Shown here: piece by piece, positions 10,298-24,406 of the stretch | Position numbering within the stretch: the stretch's first letter is position 1 | Layout: the number at the start of each line of letters is the position of its first letter | Origin: Laetmonice hystrix | Taxonomy: Eukaryota | Reading direction: 5' to 3' | NCBI GenBank assembly: GCA_965235115.1 | Contig: OZ249438.1 | Location: 41,788,001-41,852,000 of the forward strand | Length of the DNA: 64,000 bases | Translations under genes and position numbers: made by a program | The notes under the pieces: model-generated | Database searches by the model: none | What the model was told of the DNA's origin: nothing | The model's input: the letters and a program-made list of their open reading frames with translations, nothing else

Positions 10298-12212
10298 AGT
10301 GTATATTGCATGAAGGGTGCTTACTCGAGTGCTTCATGCCCTAATAATAGGCTGAGACTTTATTTAAGGCGTGAAAGACAATGCAGAGCGATACTAGGGA
10401 ATGGAATCTATCTGGTACGTTACCACACTGCTGTATATAAGCATAGTCTTTTATAGGGCCGCTAGACTAGACAGCTACTGCTCATTCCAAAAGATATTCA
10501 CACAGACATGATAGACAAATTGTCTGACAGATGTTTACATGGACATCAGTGTGTACTTTCTATGTCAATATGAAATACACGTAATAATGAATCTTCCCTC
10601 ATCCAAGGATGTAACGCGTGTCGACACTAATGAGTTTCTAATGAGGTCGAAAACATGCTAGGAATATTACATAGAGAGTTGTGAAAAAACACGAAGGAAT
10701 AGGCATATCAATCGGGGACCCTGCTACAGCCAAAGAGACCTTCCAGGAAAGGCGACCATTATAATTGGTGACCCTAGTTATGAAAGGTCATATTGTCTAT
10801 AGGATTATATTTCCCGAAACACAGTAGGCCACGACCCAAACTCTGTGTGATGCCTGTGGTCAACATAAAAGGTGAAACGCCAACATTTTGTAAGCCATCA
10901 CATAACTATAGAAGATGAAGTAAGTTCAGGTATACGGAACGGCACAGACTATACTCCCCCTGTTGTGACGTATAAAATAGAGCATTAATAAGACGTTGAT
11001 TGTGAAGGGAAACATTGCATGCCAGACTGAAAGACCTTCCATCAGTTTGACGTCAGTTCAGATATCATCATAGGTCTGAGCGATACCTGTCTTCTTTTGT
11101 CAAATATATACAGGATGTGCGCACGCACGGCATCCTGGGAGTGTCTCGAGAAACCTGAAGATATCACTGGCCACGCCTGTCGCCAATGGTAACAAGTATA
11201 TATGATGTCTCCTTTCCGTTTAGGTGCGGCATGAGGGAGTCTTTGTGTGTAAAAGAGTTGCTTGCATGACATCCGGTGCCGATTCCGATTACCACGCCGT
11301 CTAGTGGACGGTACTGGCGTCACTTTCAGGCCCCTTTATGAACTTGGCATGCTCTGACTTTGAATGATAGTTCTTGGCTCCGGTTCGCTCGGAATCCGCC
11401 TCCTGGGGGACCGGCAGGTGACAAAAGATCCATTGGTTGGCTCTGGCCAGGTGGAATTAGCTCTTGGGGAGCTGTAGCGGCTTATTGGAGCCAGACCAAG
11501 GCGGCGCTTATAGGTGGCGCGAGCAGAATTACGAACGCTGACTGGGGTGAGGGTGATCCAGGACTCGCTGCGTCCAAAGGCTTCTCTAGGAACATAATTC
11601 GATCTGCTCTATGGACTTCACAAATCAAAGCTACACGGCAGAGTTTCTGGACCTCTGCCTGGAAGAATACTCGGTTACTCTGGTTCAATAGTGTCTTGAC
11701 AACAGAAAGTTTCCTCAACACATACCGGTCCTTCTATAACGAACGGAATGTCAGATTGAAGTACCTTAAAATCCGTTAAAATACGGAGAAACACTCAAGG
11801 CATAATGCCTTCCATCTTTATTTAAGAGTGATTCCATTTTTTACTTCCCCACCTTTCATTGATAAGACTAACGGCCAAATAACCCCAGAATGTCACACAA
11901 AGCCTGTTCCCTGTGGCAGGCCTGGAACGTGATGAGAAGATTGGTAGACAGCGCATCCGCTGTCCTGATGTGTCTCCCTCGCTTCCCTTCTAACAAGGAC
12001 TGCCGTGTTTACAGGACTTTGTAATGTTTTATGTAACGCTACTTTTACTCCGTATTTAATGGGTAAATTACAATGTGCGTGAGGGGAGTTCTCTTTCAGA
12101 ACTGATCTTGTAGTCCATAGATTCTGGTCAATTAAAACTTTACGGCGCTTTGATTATACTTTATTCAGCAACCTGTAACCCTTCCTTCACCATTTAACTC
12201 CTGAATTATTTC

Positions 12213-12816
12213 TTTACGAAACTATCCCGTCTTGGACCGACCAGACATAGCTGGAGTGACTGTTGGAACCTATTTACGAAACTATCCTGTCTCGGACCGA
12301 CCAGACATAGCTGGAGTGACTGTTGGAACCTATTTACGAAACTATCCCGTCTCGGACCGACCAGACATAGCTGGAGTGACTGTTGGAACCTATTTACGAA
12401 ACTATCCCGTCTCGGACCGACCAGACATAGCTGGAGTGACTGTTGGAACCTATTTACGAAACTATCCTGTCTCGGACCGACCAGACATAGCTGGAGTGAC
12501 TGTTGGAACCTATTTACGAAACTATCCTGTCTCGGACCTACCAGACATAGCTGGAGTGACTGTTGGAACCTATTTACGAAACTATCCCGTCTCGGACCGA
12601 CCAGACATAGCTGGAGTGACTGTTGGAACCTATTTACGAAACTATCCCATCTCGGTCCGACCAGACATAGCTGGAGTGACTGTTAGAACCTATTTACGAA
12701 ACTATCCCGTCTCGAACCGACCAGACATAGCTGGAGTTGCTGTTGGAACCTATTTACGAAACTATCCTGTCTCGGACCGACCAGACATAGCTGGAGTGAC
12801 TGTTGGAACCTATTTA
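12213..12816. repeat. 60-bp tandem array, ~10 copies
   Basis: Unit TATTTACGAAACTATCCCGTCTCGGACCGACCAGACATAGCTGGAGTGACTGTTGGAACC; very homogeneous. Confidence 0.98.
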
Positions 12817-12920
12817 TGCTGACAGATTGAGATATGAGAACAAAACACCTCCTTTGCCATTGTCGTTTCTCCCAGAAAGACGGCGAGTCTGAATATCTGT
12901 AAATACTCTCACCTACGTGT

Positions 12921-13108
12921 GCTTGTTTCACTTGGTGGAGAATGAGCACGTGACAGACGTCTCTACAAGACAGACTCATGCCAGCTTGTTTCAGTGGGTG
13001 GAGAATGAGCACGTGACAGACGTCTGTACAAGACAGACTCATGCCAGCTTGTTTCACTGGGTGGAGAATGAGCACGTGACAGACGTCTCTAGAAGACAGA
13101 CTCATGCC
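12921..13108. repeat. 63-bp tandem array, 3 copies
   Basis: GCTTGTTTCA at 12921, 12984 and 13047; each copy contains CACGTGAC. Confidence 0.95.
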
Positions 13109-15176
13109 AATCAAGATTGACTACTAATTTGTGTTTTGAATTGTCTGCGCCATAAAAACTGAAACACTCGCAAAGAATTCTGACAGATTGCAATTTCAAG
13201 AAAATATTGCAAATGACGAATGGCTTTCCGGGTAAAGACTGTTTTTATCCGGGCTTCCGCCCTTATGCTTTGACGGTCACCTCCGTGAGCGGAGGTCACC
13301 GAACGCCTCCTTCCACAGGTCATGTTCTTAATTTGCCAACTCGGTCACAAATACCAATAACGACTAAATTTCTTCGATTTACAAAATTTTCCCACAAATC
13401 AATCAACATTGTAAAGCCCATTAATCCCAGGATAAAGACCAATGGGGTTCTGTAATCGTTAGGATGTTCGTACTTCGCGTGTATGTTTCATTAACAACAA
13501 AACACTTCTCTTGTAACGGAAGAAAGTGAACGGTAGCTGTACACACAGTCTCGTGTCCCCTCCAGCGTCAAGGTGGAGAGATCTGTAGTCGATCTTTTGT
13601 CGAATAAAGCGTTGATTGGTAGACGATGTCGGTGGCGGACTGATATCTCCTCACCCTAACAACGCGCCTGGTGCAACATACTTATATACTGTGATACAAT
13701 GTGTGTACAGTTTTGTACAATAATTAATGGTCCGGTCTTGTTGACGATATTCCAACACCCACACCAATATAGGATTAACATCCAGTGAAATGCCTTCCAG
13801 AGGTTCCTTACCAATCGGTTCACAGAATACCTTTGGAAGTCACAGACTCTATTTAAAGGTGCAAATGTGAAGGCAAAATAACAATTTCATAGCCAAAATA
13901 ATATTGTGGTATGGGAATCCCGAGACGCTGGGGAATGCCTTTCCCACAGATGTGATTGCTTTCCTGAGTCAGTGAGTTCATACCAACAGCTGAAATAGAT
14001 TATGCTGCCTTTGAAGTTTTAATAAGACAAAAAAGGCCTTTGTTACAAGTTCATCTGTTAATAAGAAACATAATCCGAGGGGCCGACTACAAAAGAGGGC
14101 AGAGAGAAGTCTTGTCCTTGTCCTTCAGTTGCTGCCATGGAAGTCATTGGTCTCCATGTGACCGAGGCGCCAGTAGTTATAAGCGTCAGGAGATTGGCGC
14201 GCAGTGAGTAGTCGAAGATCAAAGCACTGTTGTTCACCCGGGACATTCAAGACATGTGAATCACCTTTCTAAAGAAAAAAGGGAGAATTGAGAAACACAA
14301 AATACGGCGTATTCGAGAAATAGACTGGATTTACTTGTCGCCCGGGGAATAAAGGTCCGTGGGTTATCTTTTCGGAACTCCAAATTAATTAACTCTACCC
14401 ACTGCTAGAGATTTTTTAAACGATTTAAGTAAATGTAATAGCCTTTGATATATGAAAACTCACACAACCTAGAGCTTAATGCTCTAAAAAGGTGTTGACA
14501 AAATTGATCTGTTATAAAAGGTCAGTACTCGAGTTTTAAAAAGGCCGTTAAGTGATCTCATTGATGTTTTCGTTGGCACGGCTGCCGATAGGCATTTCAA
14601 TGATTAATGGCTGCCGAGCTATTCGTGCTGAAAGTTTCAATCCATAAAAACCGCCAGACAAGGGAGGCCATTTCAAGGTTGGACATATATATCACGACAG
14701 AACAATACAGCTGAGTATTTCATCTCAGTAACGGCTACAAACTTCAGTGATAGAACTGTATGGTTTCCGCATGGACACATCGTTCCCCGCCGCAGATATA
14801 GAGGCATTATAATATCTTTGACGTTTATCTCACTACTATCTTTTCCTCGAATTACTTTCAGTTGAATCACGGCGCTTTTTGAAAATTACTTTTGACATAT
14901 TCTCCCTCGGGATTATAATGATCAAAGTTATGACCTTCTCAATGTCACAGTAATTACCTATTATCATCAATAAAAACTTCATTCAGTTCCTGTATATGGG
15001 GGCGCTTCAAAAACTACTGCATGGAATTAAGTATGACTATGCTTGTAACATCGATAATAGAGCTAGAGATGTTTAAATAGACCGTAAATAGTGTGATAAA
15101 GATGATGAATAGAGATCGGTTATCATATAAATTCTGCAACCAGTGGCACTAAAACTAAATCTCTGATGAATTACAC

Positions 15177-15963
15177 TAGATAATTACAATCAGGACGACC
15201 ATGGTTGATATCACTGAGGCAATAGATAATTACAATCATCAGGACGACCATAGTTGATATCACTGAGGCAATAGATAATTACAATCAGGACGACCATAGT
15301 TGATATCACTGAGGCAATAGATAATTACAATCAGGACGACCATAGTTGATATCACTGAGGTAATAGATAATTACAATCAGGACGACCATAGTTGATATCA
15401 CTGAGGTAATAGATAATTACAATCAGGACGACCATAGTTGATATCACTGAGGCAATAGATAATTACAATCAGGACGACCATAGTTGATATCACTGAGGCA
15501 ATAGATAATTACAATCAGGACGACCATAGTTGATATCACTAAGGCAATAGATAATTACAATCAGGACGACCACAGTTGATATCACTAAGGCAATAGATAA
15601 TTACAATCAGGGCGACCACAGTTGATATCACTGAGGCAATAGATAATTACAATTAGGACGACCATAGTTGATATCACTGAGGCAATAGATAATTACAATC
15701 AGGACGACCATAGTTGATATCACTGAGGCAATAGATAATTACAATTAGGACGACCATAGTTGATATCACTGAGGCAATAGATAATTACAATTAGGACGAC
15801 CATAGTTGATATCACTGAGGCAATAGATAATTACAATCAGGACGACCATAGTTGATATCACTGAGGCAATAGATAATTACAATCAGGACGACCATAGTTG
15901 ATATCACTGAGGCAATAGATAATTACAATCAGGACGACCATAGTTGATATCACTAAGGCAATA
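15177..15963. repeat. 46-bp tandem array, ~17 copies
   Basis: Unit AGATAATTACAATCAGGACGACCATAGTTGATATCACTGAGGCAAT. Confidence 0.98.
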
Positions 15964-16861
15964 GCAGAGAGAGATCTGGAGACGAAGTTTGCTTCTAGAA
16001 GAAACAATTCGAAGTACGAAGTATGATAAAGCTGTTGTATCGGCGGTAATGTCAACTACGAGAGTCATGTGTACGGGTCGCAAAAATGTAATATTTGTAG
16101 GAAGGCGCTTGAGCAGCATGTCGTCTGAACAGATAAAAAGTTCACGTGACAGCCTTTCAAATCTCAATACTTCTCTCACACAGTCTCGCACACTGTCTCG
16201 TACGATACGAGATAGGACGATAAAGGCGGTCGTAAGCCCGGAAATAGATTTCCTTAATGACTATAGAGATGGAAATGGCTTGTCATAAACTGCAGGAACT
16301 AGACTCCTTTAATTATTAACGATTCTTTTGACATTTTCTTTTTGCACAGACAATAACGCCAAAGGAGTTGCCGGTTAGGAAATAGTTGCAATAACTGATA
16401 TGGAGCAGGGAACGTAGGGCTGACGTCCAGACTACGAAATCGTCAAAATATCATAGATTTACATAACAATTCTTCCATCTGGTGTTATCAGTCAATCAAT
16501 GTCAACTACGACAGTCATGTGTACGGGTCGCAAAAATGTAATATTTGTGTGCTTTTGTCTCAGGATGTAGCGAAAGGAATTAATGGACTTAAATGGACAA
16601 ATAATGGGATAAACTTTGAGTAATGGACGTAGTGATTTATAGGTAGCCCTGTATACGTTCACGTCGCTGCATCTCAATTATACCAAAAAGGAGTATCATG
16701 TAAATGGTCGTAAAATTGCTTCAGAGGACTCTCTCAGAAATGAATGGTTGTGCCAGCCATACGGAGTGGCCCACGGCGATATTATACATCAACCTTGATA
16801 CATTATAATATCCTATGGTATTGTTTGAGGAGGACTTATAACCTGAAGCATGTGGCAGATT

Positions 16862-17115
16862 CATGGACGGATCTAGAGGGGTGTCCTGGTTGTATGACTT
16901 CCCGTCAGCGTTTCTCCGTTTAAGTCATGACTCTCTATTAGCGATTTTCTGCTAAGAATCCCCTCCGTTATAGCATTCAACCCCCTGTTCAAAATGTGGG
17001 GTTCTAACGGTGCACGGCTCACAGGCGGAAGTCATGCAGCTTGCCCCAGCGATCTCCGTTAGAACCCATTTTTCTCAGCCTGAACCACTTTTTTAAAGAT
17101 CCTAAATCCGCGATG
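16862..17115. mobile_element. MITE-like element with nested inverted repeats
   Basis: Ends CATGGACGGATCTAG...CCTAAATCCGCGATG (imperfect TIR). Internal GGGTTCTAACGG / CCGTTAGAACCC inverted pair at ~16999 and ~17055. Confidence 0.4.
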
Positions 17116-17475
17116 ATACCTTGCCGTATTTTACACGTTGATGGTGTAATTCTAACGTGTAAAGAGGCTAACCCTAAAGCCCTCCAGTGTCAGCTGCTCG
17201 ACTGTCGACCAAGAACATTGGAGATTACTGATAAGGTAATGGCCGCCTCGTCTTGGTGATAATGTCCCCTTGTTATCGTTCAGAGGCAGCCATTGATCTC
17301 CAGTTGAGTGAGTGAGTTGGGTACAGAATTCGATTGACGATAGGGTGAGATAATAAAGATCTCAAATTGACCTAGTTAATCGACCGTGTAGATATCGAGG
17401 AAACAAGAGTGGTGAACTGACGCGTTCAGTCGATAAAAGGCAATTACCATGGATACAACCATGGTAACGTCTTTA

Positions 17476-18684
17476 GGGAGAGTGTCACCAGCCAAGAGAG
17501 ACTGCCACCAGCCAAGGGAGGCTGCCACCAGCCAAGGGAGAGTGTCACCAGCCAAGGGAGACTGCCACCAGCCAAGGGAGGCTGCCACCAGCCAAGGGAG
17601 GCCCTCACCAGCCAAGGGAGGCTGCCACCAGTCAGGGGAGGCTGCCACCAGCCAAGGGAGACTGCCACCAGCCAAGGGAGGCTGCCACCAGCCAAGGGAG
17701 ACTGCCACCAGCCAACTGAGACTGCCACCAGCCAACGGAGATTGCCACCAGCCAACGGAGACTGCCACCAGCCAAGGGAGACTGCCACCAGCCAAGGGAG
17801 ACTGCCACCAGCCAACGGAGACTGCCACCAGCCAACGGAGACTGCCACCAGCCAACGGAGACTGCCACCAGCCAACGGAGACTGCCACCAGCCAAGGGAG
17901 GCTGCCACCAGCCAAGGGAGACTGCCACCAACCAAGGGAGGCTGCCAGTGCCACCAGCCAAGGGAGACTGCCACCAGCCAAGGGAGGCTGCCACCAGCCA
18001 AGGGAGACTGCCACCAGCCAAGGGAGGCTGCCAGTGCCACCAGCCAAGGGAGACTGCCACCAGTCAGGGGAGGCTGCCACCAGCCAAGGGAGGCCCTCAC
18101 CAGCCAAGGGAGGCCCTCACCAGCCAAGGGAGGCTGCCACCAGCCAAGGGAGACTGCCACCAGTCAGGGGAGGCTGCCACCAGCCAAGGGAGGCTGCCAC
18201 CAGCCAAGGGAGACTGCCACCAGCTAAAGGAGACTGCCACCAGCCAAGGGAGACTGCCACCAGCCAAGGGAGACTGACACCAGTCAGGGGAGGCTGCCAC
18301 CAGCCAAGGGAGGCTGCCACCAGCCAAGGGAGACTGCCACCAGCCAAGGGAGACTGTCACCAGCCAAGGGAGACTGACACCAGCCAAGGGAGACGGACAC
18401 CAGCCAAGGGAGACTGCCACCAGACAACGGAGACTGCCACCAGACAACGGAGACTGCCATCAGCCAAGGGAGGCTGCCACCAGCCAAGAGAGGCTGCCAC
18501 CAGCCAAGGGAGGCTGCCACCAGCCAAGGGAGAATGTCACCAGCCAAGGGAGACTGCCACCAGCCAAGGGAGGCTGCCACCAGCCAAGGGAGAATGTCAC
18601 CAGCCAAGGGAGACTGTCACCAGCCAAGGGAGACTGTCACCAGTCAAGGGAGGCTGCCACCAGCCAAGGGAGACTGTCACCAGC
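17476..18684. repeat. 20-bp tandem array, ~60 copies
   Basis: Unit CCACCAGCCAAGGGAG(A/G)CTG with variants; source of the spurious 421-aa ORF. Confidence 0.97.
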
Positions 18685-20472
18685 CGCTGCCACCATCCAC
18701 CTGTTCCAAGCTGAATGGATGCACAGCCCAACCAACAGAAAGGGTCATAAAACGTCTCTAAAACGATGCAAATTTAAAAGGGGAAGAATGGTAAAGGATA
18801 TTAAATCTATACGTCATATCGTATCCGTAGAGGAAGCCAGTTTGAAATGACAAAAAGATACTTTCCAAGGGATAAAAGGGAAACACGGGTTCAATAAAAG
18901 GAAAAATTTTAATAAAATAAGATGTAAATTCACAAAAAGATAATTATTTTATCTCTAATTCATACCATCGTGCGTATTGTTTCATTTTCCCAAAATCAGA
19001 CTTGGTCTTGAATAACATTCAAATTAAGATCTAAGAGAGGATCGTGTGGCGCGGCTCCGTCCTGCTTTCTCGCCAATACTAGAAAAAGTTCAAAGTAAGA
19101 GTGCTTTGGCGGTCTATATCGACTCTGAAACCTCTTCCTCAAGTGTGTCTTTTACTATTGCTTATATTATAGTATTTCTAAGAAAGCCCTCAGTCACAAG
19201 TCCCCTATCAAGAGCTTGCTGATTGCATGCCCCAGTTCTCTCGAGGAGCACGTATACAGAACTGCTTTGTTTAGAAGGTATATCGTTACGTGCGCTTACT
19301 GGCAAACCTACGATGATAACCCCGCATGATGAGGTAAGGTAACATGGTCCTATTACGTGATATGTGGCATAATTCTGTGCTAAGTCACGTACACATCGAC
19401 TGCGCCAGCTATCTTTAATTATGCAGTATAGAGGGCTAACACTTTTTTTACACCCCGGGAAATCACAACAAAAAGAACAGGAATCCACTGTTGTCCTTTA
19501 CTGGAGTGTCACTTGGCTCTGGATTTTCAATCTTTAACGAGTTAATTCACATTCCAATTTCCTATCTTGCCTGAGCATACCTTTCATGTTTCCTCTTCGA
19601 TCACAAATGTAGAAGACTTTGTCTTCTGAATTTACATTACTTTATACGAGATCTTAATGACCGTAAAATAGTAGAAGACCGCTGAGAATGCCATGATCAA
19701 GGTAACTCATGTCCTCATATTATCGTTCAAAGATTTAAATTTCCCCCGCAATAATTTAAGATTCTAGACAGGAAACACTTCCGGCTACTGTAGTGAGAAA
19801 AATTTCCCCGGTATATCTTGTGACGATTTAGGAAAATGGAAACGACTATCGCAACCATTATTTTTATGGAATTATTGCTAATCCTGAAATCATCTACCTC
19901 ACGTATCATAACTAGTATTATTTACTCACAGATATACGCGGTATCGCCGTACTTTGATATATGGAAAGGTAGAAATAGTAAAGAAAAAAGAGTTTATACA
20001 TATAGTTCAGTCATAGCCATGCACAGCCTGAACAAAGAAATCGAACATCGAACATCAGTTATGTATATGATACAATGAAAGATTCCACACAGAAGCCAGT
20101 CATACAAGCGCCCTTTCACAGCGAGTCTTTATCCGTACATTTCCTGTGCAAGAAATTCGCTTCTACAGTCAGGGACTGATTGCCGGGACTATTGTGTGGT
20201 GCAAAGGGACTGACGCTCGAATGGGGCTTACATGATGAAAAATGGACTGTTCTCACACTGCCTGGTCTGTAGATGATTGGACGGTGTGGTAGGGAGAACA
20301 ATATATCCCAGCACATTTTATCTCTTTAGACTTTCTCCGTTTTAGAATATCCTGTGAATCCCTCATCTGATTTTCTAAGGCTAAAACGGCGCACATATGC
20401 CATAGTTACGGAGGAATCAGGTTCTCGGCCCAGAGTGTTTCCAAGTGCACCTGGAGAGTTGAGAGTAACTGA

Positions 20473-20522
20473 AAGAAATTTACAGTACACAATTTTACAG
20501 TACAAAATTTTACAGTACAAAA
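20473..20522. repeat. 15-bp tandem repeat, 3 copies
   Basis: AATTTTACAGTACA(C/A) repeated. Confidence 0.8.
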
Positions 20523-21279
20523 ATGAAACTGGTATTTAGGCGTGGTCCCAGTCCTACTGTTCGAAGATCTGGCGTCTGGAGAACACACGATAACCCATTG
20601 AGAGACAACTGACTTGGAACCTTGCCGCAGATTGAGCCCACTGACGGGGTACGGGTTCTATTGCTAGATCCCTTTAGAAGAGTTGTGTCCACCTATCGCC
20701 GAGTTACACCCTCACCTCTCCAAGTGGACACACACCAACCGAGCCGAACTCTTCGTACTGTCAGGTTTTCAACAGCGTCTGTTTCCAGACTACGACCGAA
20801 CGTGGAGACCGGCGCCTCACAGTTCCCTACATTACTACAGCGGTGATAATTCCTTTATATATCCACCCCCAGATCGGGGACCACAGAATTGGTGTGTATA
20901 ACACACCGCCAACCTTTTGCCAAGATACAAGCAAAGTTTCGGCGAAAGTAAAAGTCTTGAAGTACTAAAGGGTCTACATGGACAATAAAAGTTAGGTTTA
21001 ATACACATTCTGTGTCAGTAAAATTTGTTTTAGTGAAAATAAACAACTATTTTGGAAAATAGCAAGGTATGCGTTCTGGCCACATTGGAGTCACGTGTGT
21101 ATGTCTTGAGAGTCATTTGATATGCAAAGTAGGGTGTAAGTGGCAGGGCCATATGCTATTGTTAGACGCTCTATTGTTCGGCTTTTTGTTTGGTCCCCTC
21201 ATTGACGTACAAAGAAGTGCAGACGGGCTTTGTCTGAAACATGGCGCAGGTCTCAGTGGATCTACGTATTCGACAGTGG

Positions 21280-23108
21280 TGTCTACAGGAATTCCCCCCA
21301 GTGTTTCCTCTGTTGACTGAGTTCATCCTTCCCTACCTACATGTCTATAGGGATTTCCCCCAGTGTTTTCTCTGTTGACTGAGTCCATCCTTTCCTACCT
21401 ATATGTCTGTAGGGATTTCCCCCAGTGTTTTCTCTGTTGACTGAGTCCATCCTTTCCTACCTATATGTCTGTAGGGATTCCCCCAGTGTTTTCTCTGTTG
21501 ACTGAGTCCATCCTTTCCTACCTACATGTCTATAGGGATTCCCCAGTGTTTCCTCTGTTGACTGAGTCCATCCTTTCCTACCTATATGTCTATAGGGATT
21601 CCCCCAGTGTTTTCTCTGTTGACTGAGTCCATCCTTTCCTACCTACATGTCTATAGGGATTTCCCCCAGTGTTTTCTCTGTTGACTGAGTCCAACCTTTC
21701 CTACCTACATGTCTATAGGGATTTCCCCCAGTGTTTTCTCTGTTGACTGAGTCCATCCTTCCCTACCTATATGTCTATAGGGATTCCCCCAGTGTTTTCT
21801 CTGTTGACTGAGTCCATCCTTTCCTACCTATATGTCTATAGGGATTTCCCCCAGTGTTTCCTCTGTTGACTGAGTCCATCCTGTCCTACCTACATGTCTA
21901 TAGGGATTTCCCCCAGTGTTTCCTCTGTTGACTGAGTCCATCCTTTCCTACCTACATGTCTATAGGGATTTCCCCCAGTGTTTTCCCTGATGACTGAGTC
22001 CATCCTTTCCTACCTATATATGTCTATAGGGATTCCCCCAGTGTTTTCTCTGTTGACTGAGTCCATCCTTTCCTACCTATATGTCTGTAGGGATTCCCCC
22101 AGTGTTTTCTCTGTTGACTGAGTCCATCCTTTCCTACCTACATGTCTATAGGGATTTCCCCCAGTGTTTTCTCTGTTGACTGAGTCCAACCTTTCCTACC
22201 TACATGTCTATAGGGATTTCCCCCAGTGTTTTCCCTGTTGACTGAGTCCATCCTTTCCTACCTACATGTCTATAGGGATTTCCCCCAGTGTTTCCTCTGT
22301 TGACTGAGTCCATCCTTTCCTACCTATATGTCTATACGGATTCCCCCAGTGTTTTCTCTGTTGACTGAGTCCATCCTTTCCTACCTACATGTCTACAGGA
22401 ATTCCCCCCAGTGTTTTCTCTGTTGACTGAGTCCATCCTTCCCTACCTATATGTCTATAGGGATTCCCCCAGTGTTTTCTCTGTTGACTGAGTCCATCCT
22501 TTCCTACCTATATGTCTATAGGGATTTCCCCCAGTGTTTCCTCTGTTGACTGAGTCCATCCTGTCCTACCTACATGTCTATAGGGATTTCCCCCAGTGTT
22601 TCCTCTGTTGACTGAGTCCATCCTTTCCTACCTACATGTCTATAGGGATTTCCCCCAGTGTTTTCCCTGATGACTGAGTCCATCCTTTCCTACCTATATA
22701 TGTCTATAGGGATTCCCCCAGTGTTTTCTCTGTTGACTGAGTCCATCCTTTCCTACCTATATGTCTGTAGGGATTCCCCCAGTGTTTTCTCTGTTGACTG
22801 AGTCCATCCTTTCCTACCTACATGTCTATAGGGATTTCCCCCAGTGTTTTCTCTGTTGACTGAGTCCAACCTTTCCTACCTACATGTCTATAGGGATTTC
22901 CCCCAGTGTTTTCCCTGTTGACTGAGTCCATCCTTTCCTACCTATATGTCTATACGGATTCCCCCAGTGTTTTCTCTGTTGACTGAGTCCATCCTTTCCT
23001 ACCTACATGTCTACAGGAATTCCCCCCAGTGTTTCCTCTGCTGACTGAGCCCATCCTTTCCTACATGTCTATAGGGATTCCCCCAGTGTTTCCTCTGTTG
23101 ACTGAGTC
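21280..23108. repeat. ~62-bp tandem array, ~29 copies, with a 680-bp block duplication
   Basis: Unit CTATAGGGATTTCCCCCAGTGTTTTCTCTGTTGACTGAGTCCATCCTTTCCTACCTACATGT. Diagnostic variants recur exactly 680 bp apart. Confidence 0.98.
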
Positions 23109-23806
23109 TATCCGTTACTGTCCCGTTATCAATGAGACATTCCCGCAGTGTTTCCCGTTGTGACCTCGGACTGCCCGATCAGTGTTTCCGGCCAGGTCGT
23201 TAGACTCTTGGCTCGCTGGTCGCCTCCTGTTGTCAGCAGTGATCGACACTCTACCTTCAAGGACCCATCGATCGCCTCCTGTCCTTCGACACCTTCACTA
23301 ATCAGGCGTGCGCAGCGTGCATTAAGGCTCCCACTTTGAAGTTTAGATTCTGACTGCAATGAGTGGAGGGATACACTTTTATAAAACCGCCATCGGCGGG
23401 TTTCCTTCCCACAATTCATTACTCTTTCATGGCCAAATGTGCTCGACAGGATTGCGGGCCGACCGATCGCTGAGGCCCAGAGGTAGTTGGGTGATGTCGG
23501 AAAGGGTGCACCAGCGTCATCGTGTGGCTTTTATCACGGCATGCTGGCTCGTGGCGGGAACTCGCAGCTTTAGTTGGTTCTCATATTTCACAGACCCAGT
23601 TCGGGCCCTGCGTGATGAAATGGCTGTCGTTGTTGTTGTTCAGAATCGGCGCCATGGCATCAGTCGGTGGGGATCGTGACCACACCAAGACGGAATCAGC
23701 TAATTTAACCCCACACTGTGGGAATGGACGTAACGCATTCATTCGATAGCGCTGAGGGTGGGGCACCAGTAATGGCCCCTATATCTGGCGTGTCAACACC
23801 TATTGA

Positions 23807-24074
23807 ATTATGATAATCATATTATGTAAATCAACCTGTGAACAAACATACATTATGATAATCATATTATGTAAATCAACCTGTGAACAAACATACATTA
23901 TGATAATCATATTATGTAGATCAACCTGTGAACAAACATACATTATGATAATCATATTATGTAGATCAACCTGTGAACAAACATACATTATGATAATCAT
24001 ATTATGTAGATCAACCTGTGAACAAACATACATTATGATAATCATATTATGTAGACCAACCTGTGAACAAACAT
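23807..24074. repeat. 45-bp tandem array, 6 copies
   Basis: Unit ATTATGATAATCATATTATGTAGATCAACCTGTGAACAAACATAC. Confidence 0.97.
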
Positions 24075-24406
24075 GTATACATTGTTGTTCTGCTGTGCAC
24101 CTGCCGCTTGCAAGCGGAAACTTCAGCCCGTAAAACACAGCCGAGTACCTAATGAGCAACCTGATTTATCTACTTAGTTTTTTGAAGTCCATGGTGAATA
24201 TCCTCTGATGTTGTACATCTTGTTGGTTTACTTAAAGGGGAACGAGTTGGACGGCTACATTGGTCATTACATCAGTTCATATGCTGGGCGTGATAGGCCC
24301 TGTTTTAGATCGATTGCAGTGGGTAACGAGACAAAGGGTACTTAATTAGTTATTTATTGTGGACTCCACAGTAAGGAGGTCTGTAACCTTTTGTCCTGGG
24401 CCCCAT

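Noticed and set aside
11042-11779. GC-richer ORF cluster that looks coding
   Set aside because: No recognisable domain or consistent frame; it may be a decayed element but cannot be supported without a database search.
12232-12822. 196-aa ORF of 20-aa repeats (DRPDIAGVTVGTYLRNYPVS)
   Set aside because: The 60-bp unit is a multiple of three and stop-free by chance in one frame. It has a TTG start, no splice context and no unique flanking coding sequence. It cannot be fully excluded as a repetitive exon without RNA data.
17449-18714. 421-aa ORF and overlapping ORFs (CHQPREAATSQGR repeats)
   Set aside because: They are translations of a 20-bp tandem repeat that lacks stops in most frames on both strands; no unique domain.
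19600-19880. Penelope GIY-YIG-like words (RPLR, KILDR)
   Set aside because: Only a few residues match, in different frames, with no YIGET motif.
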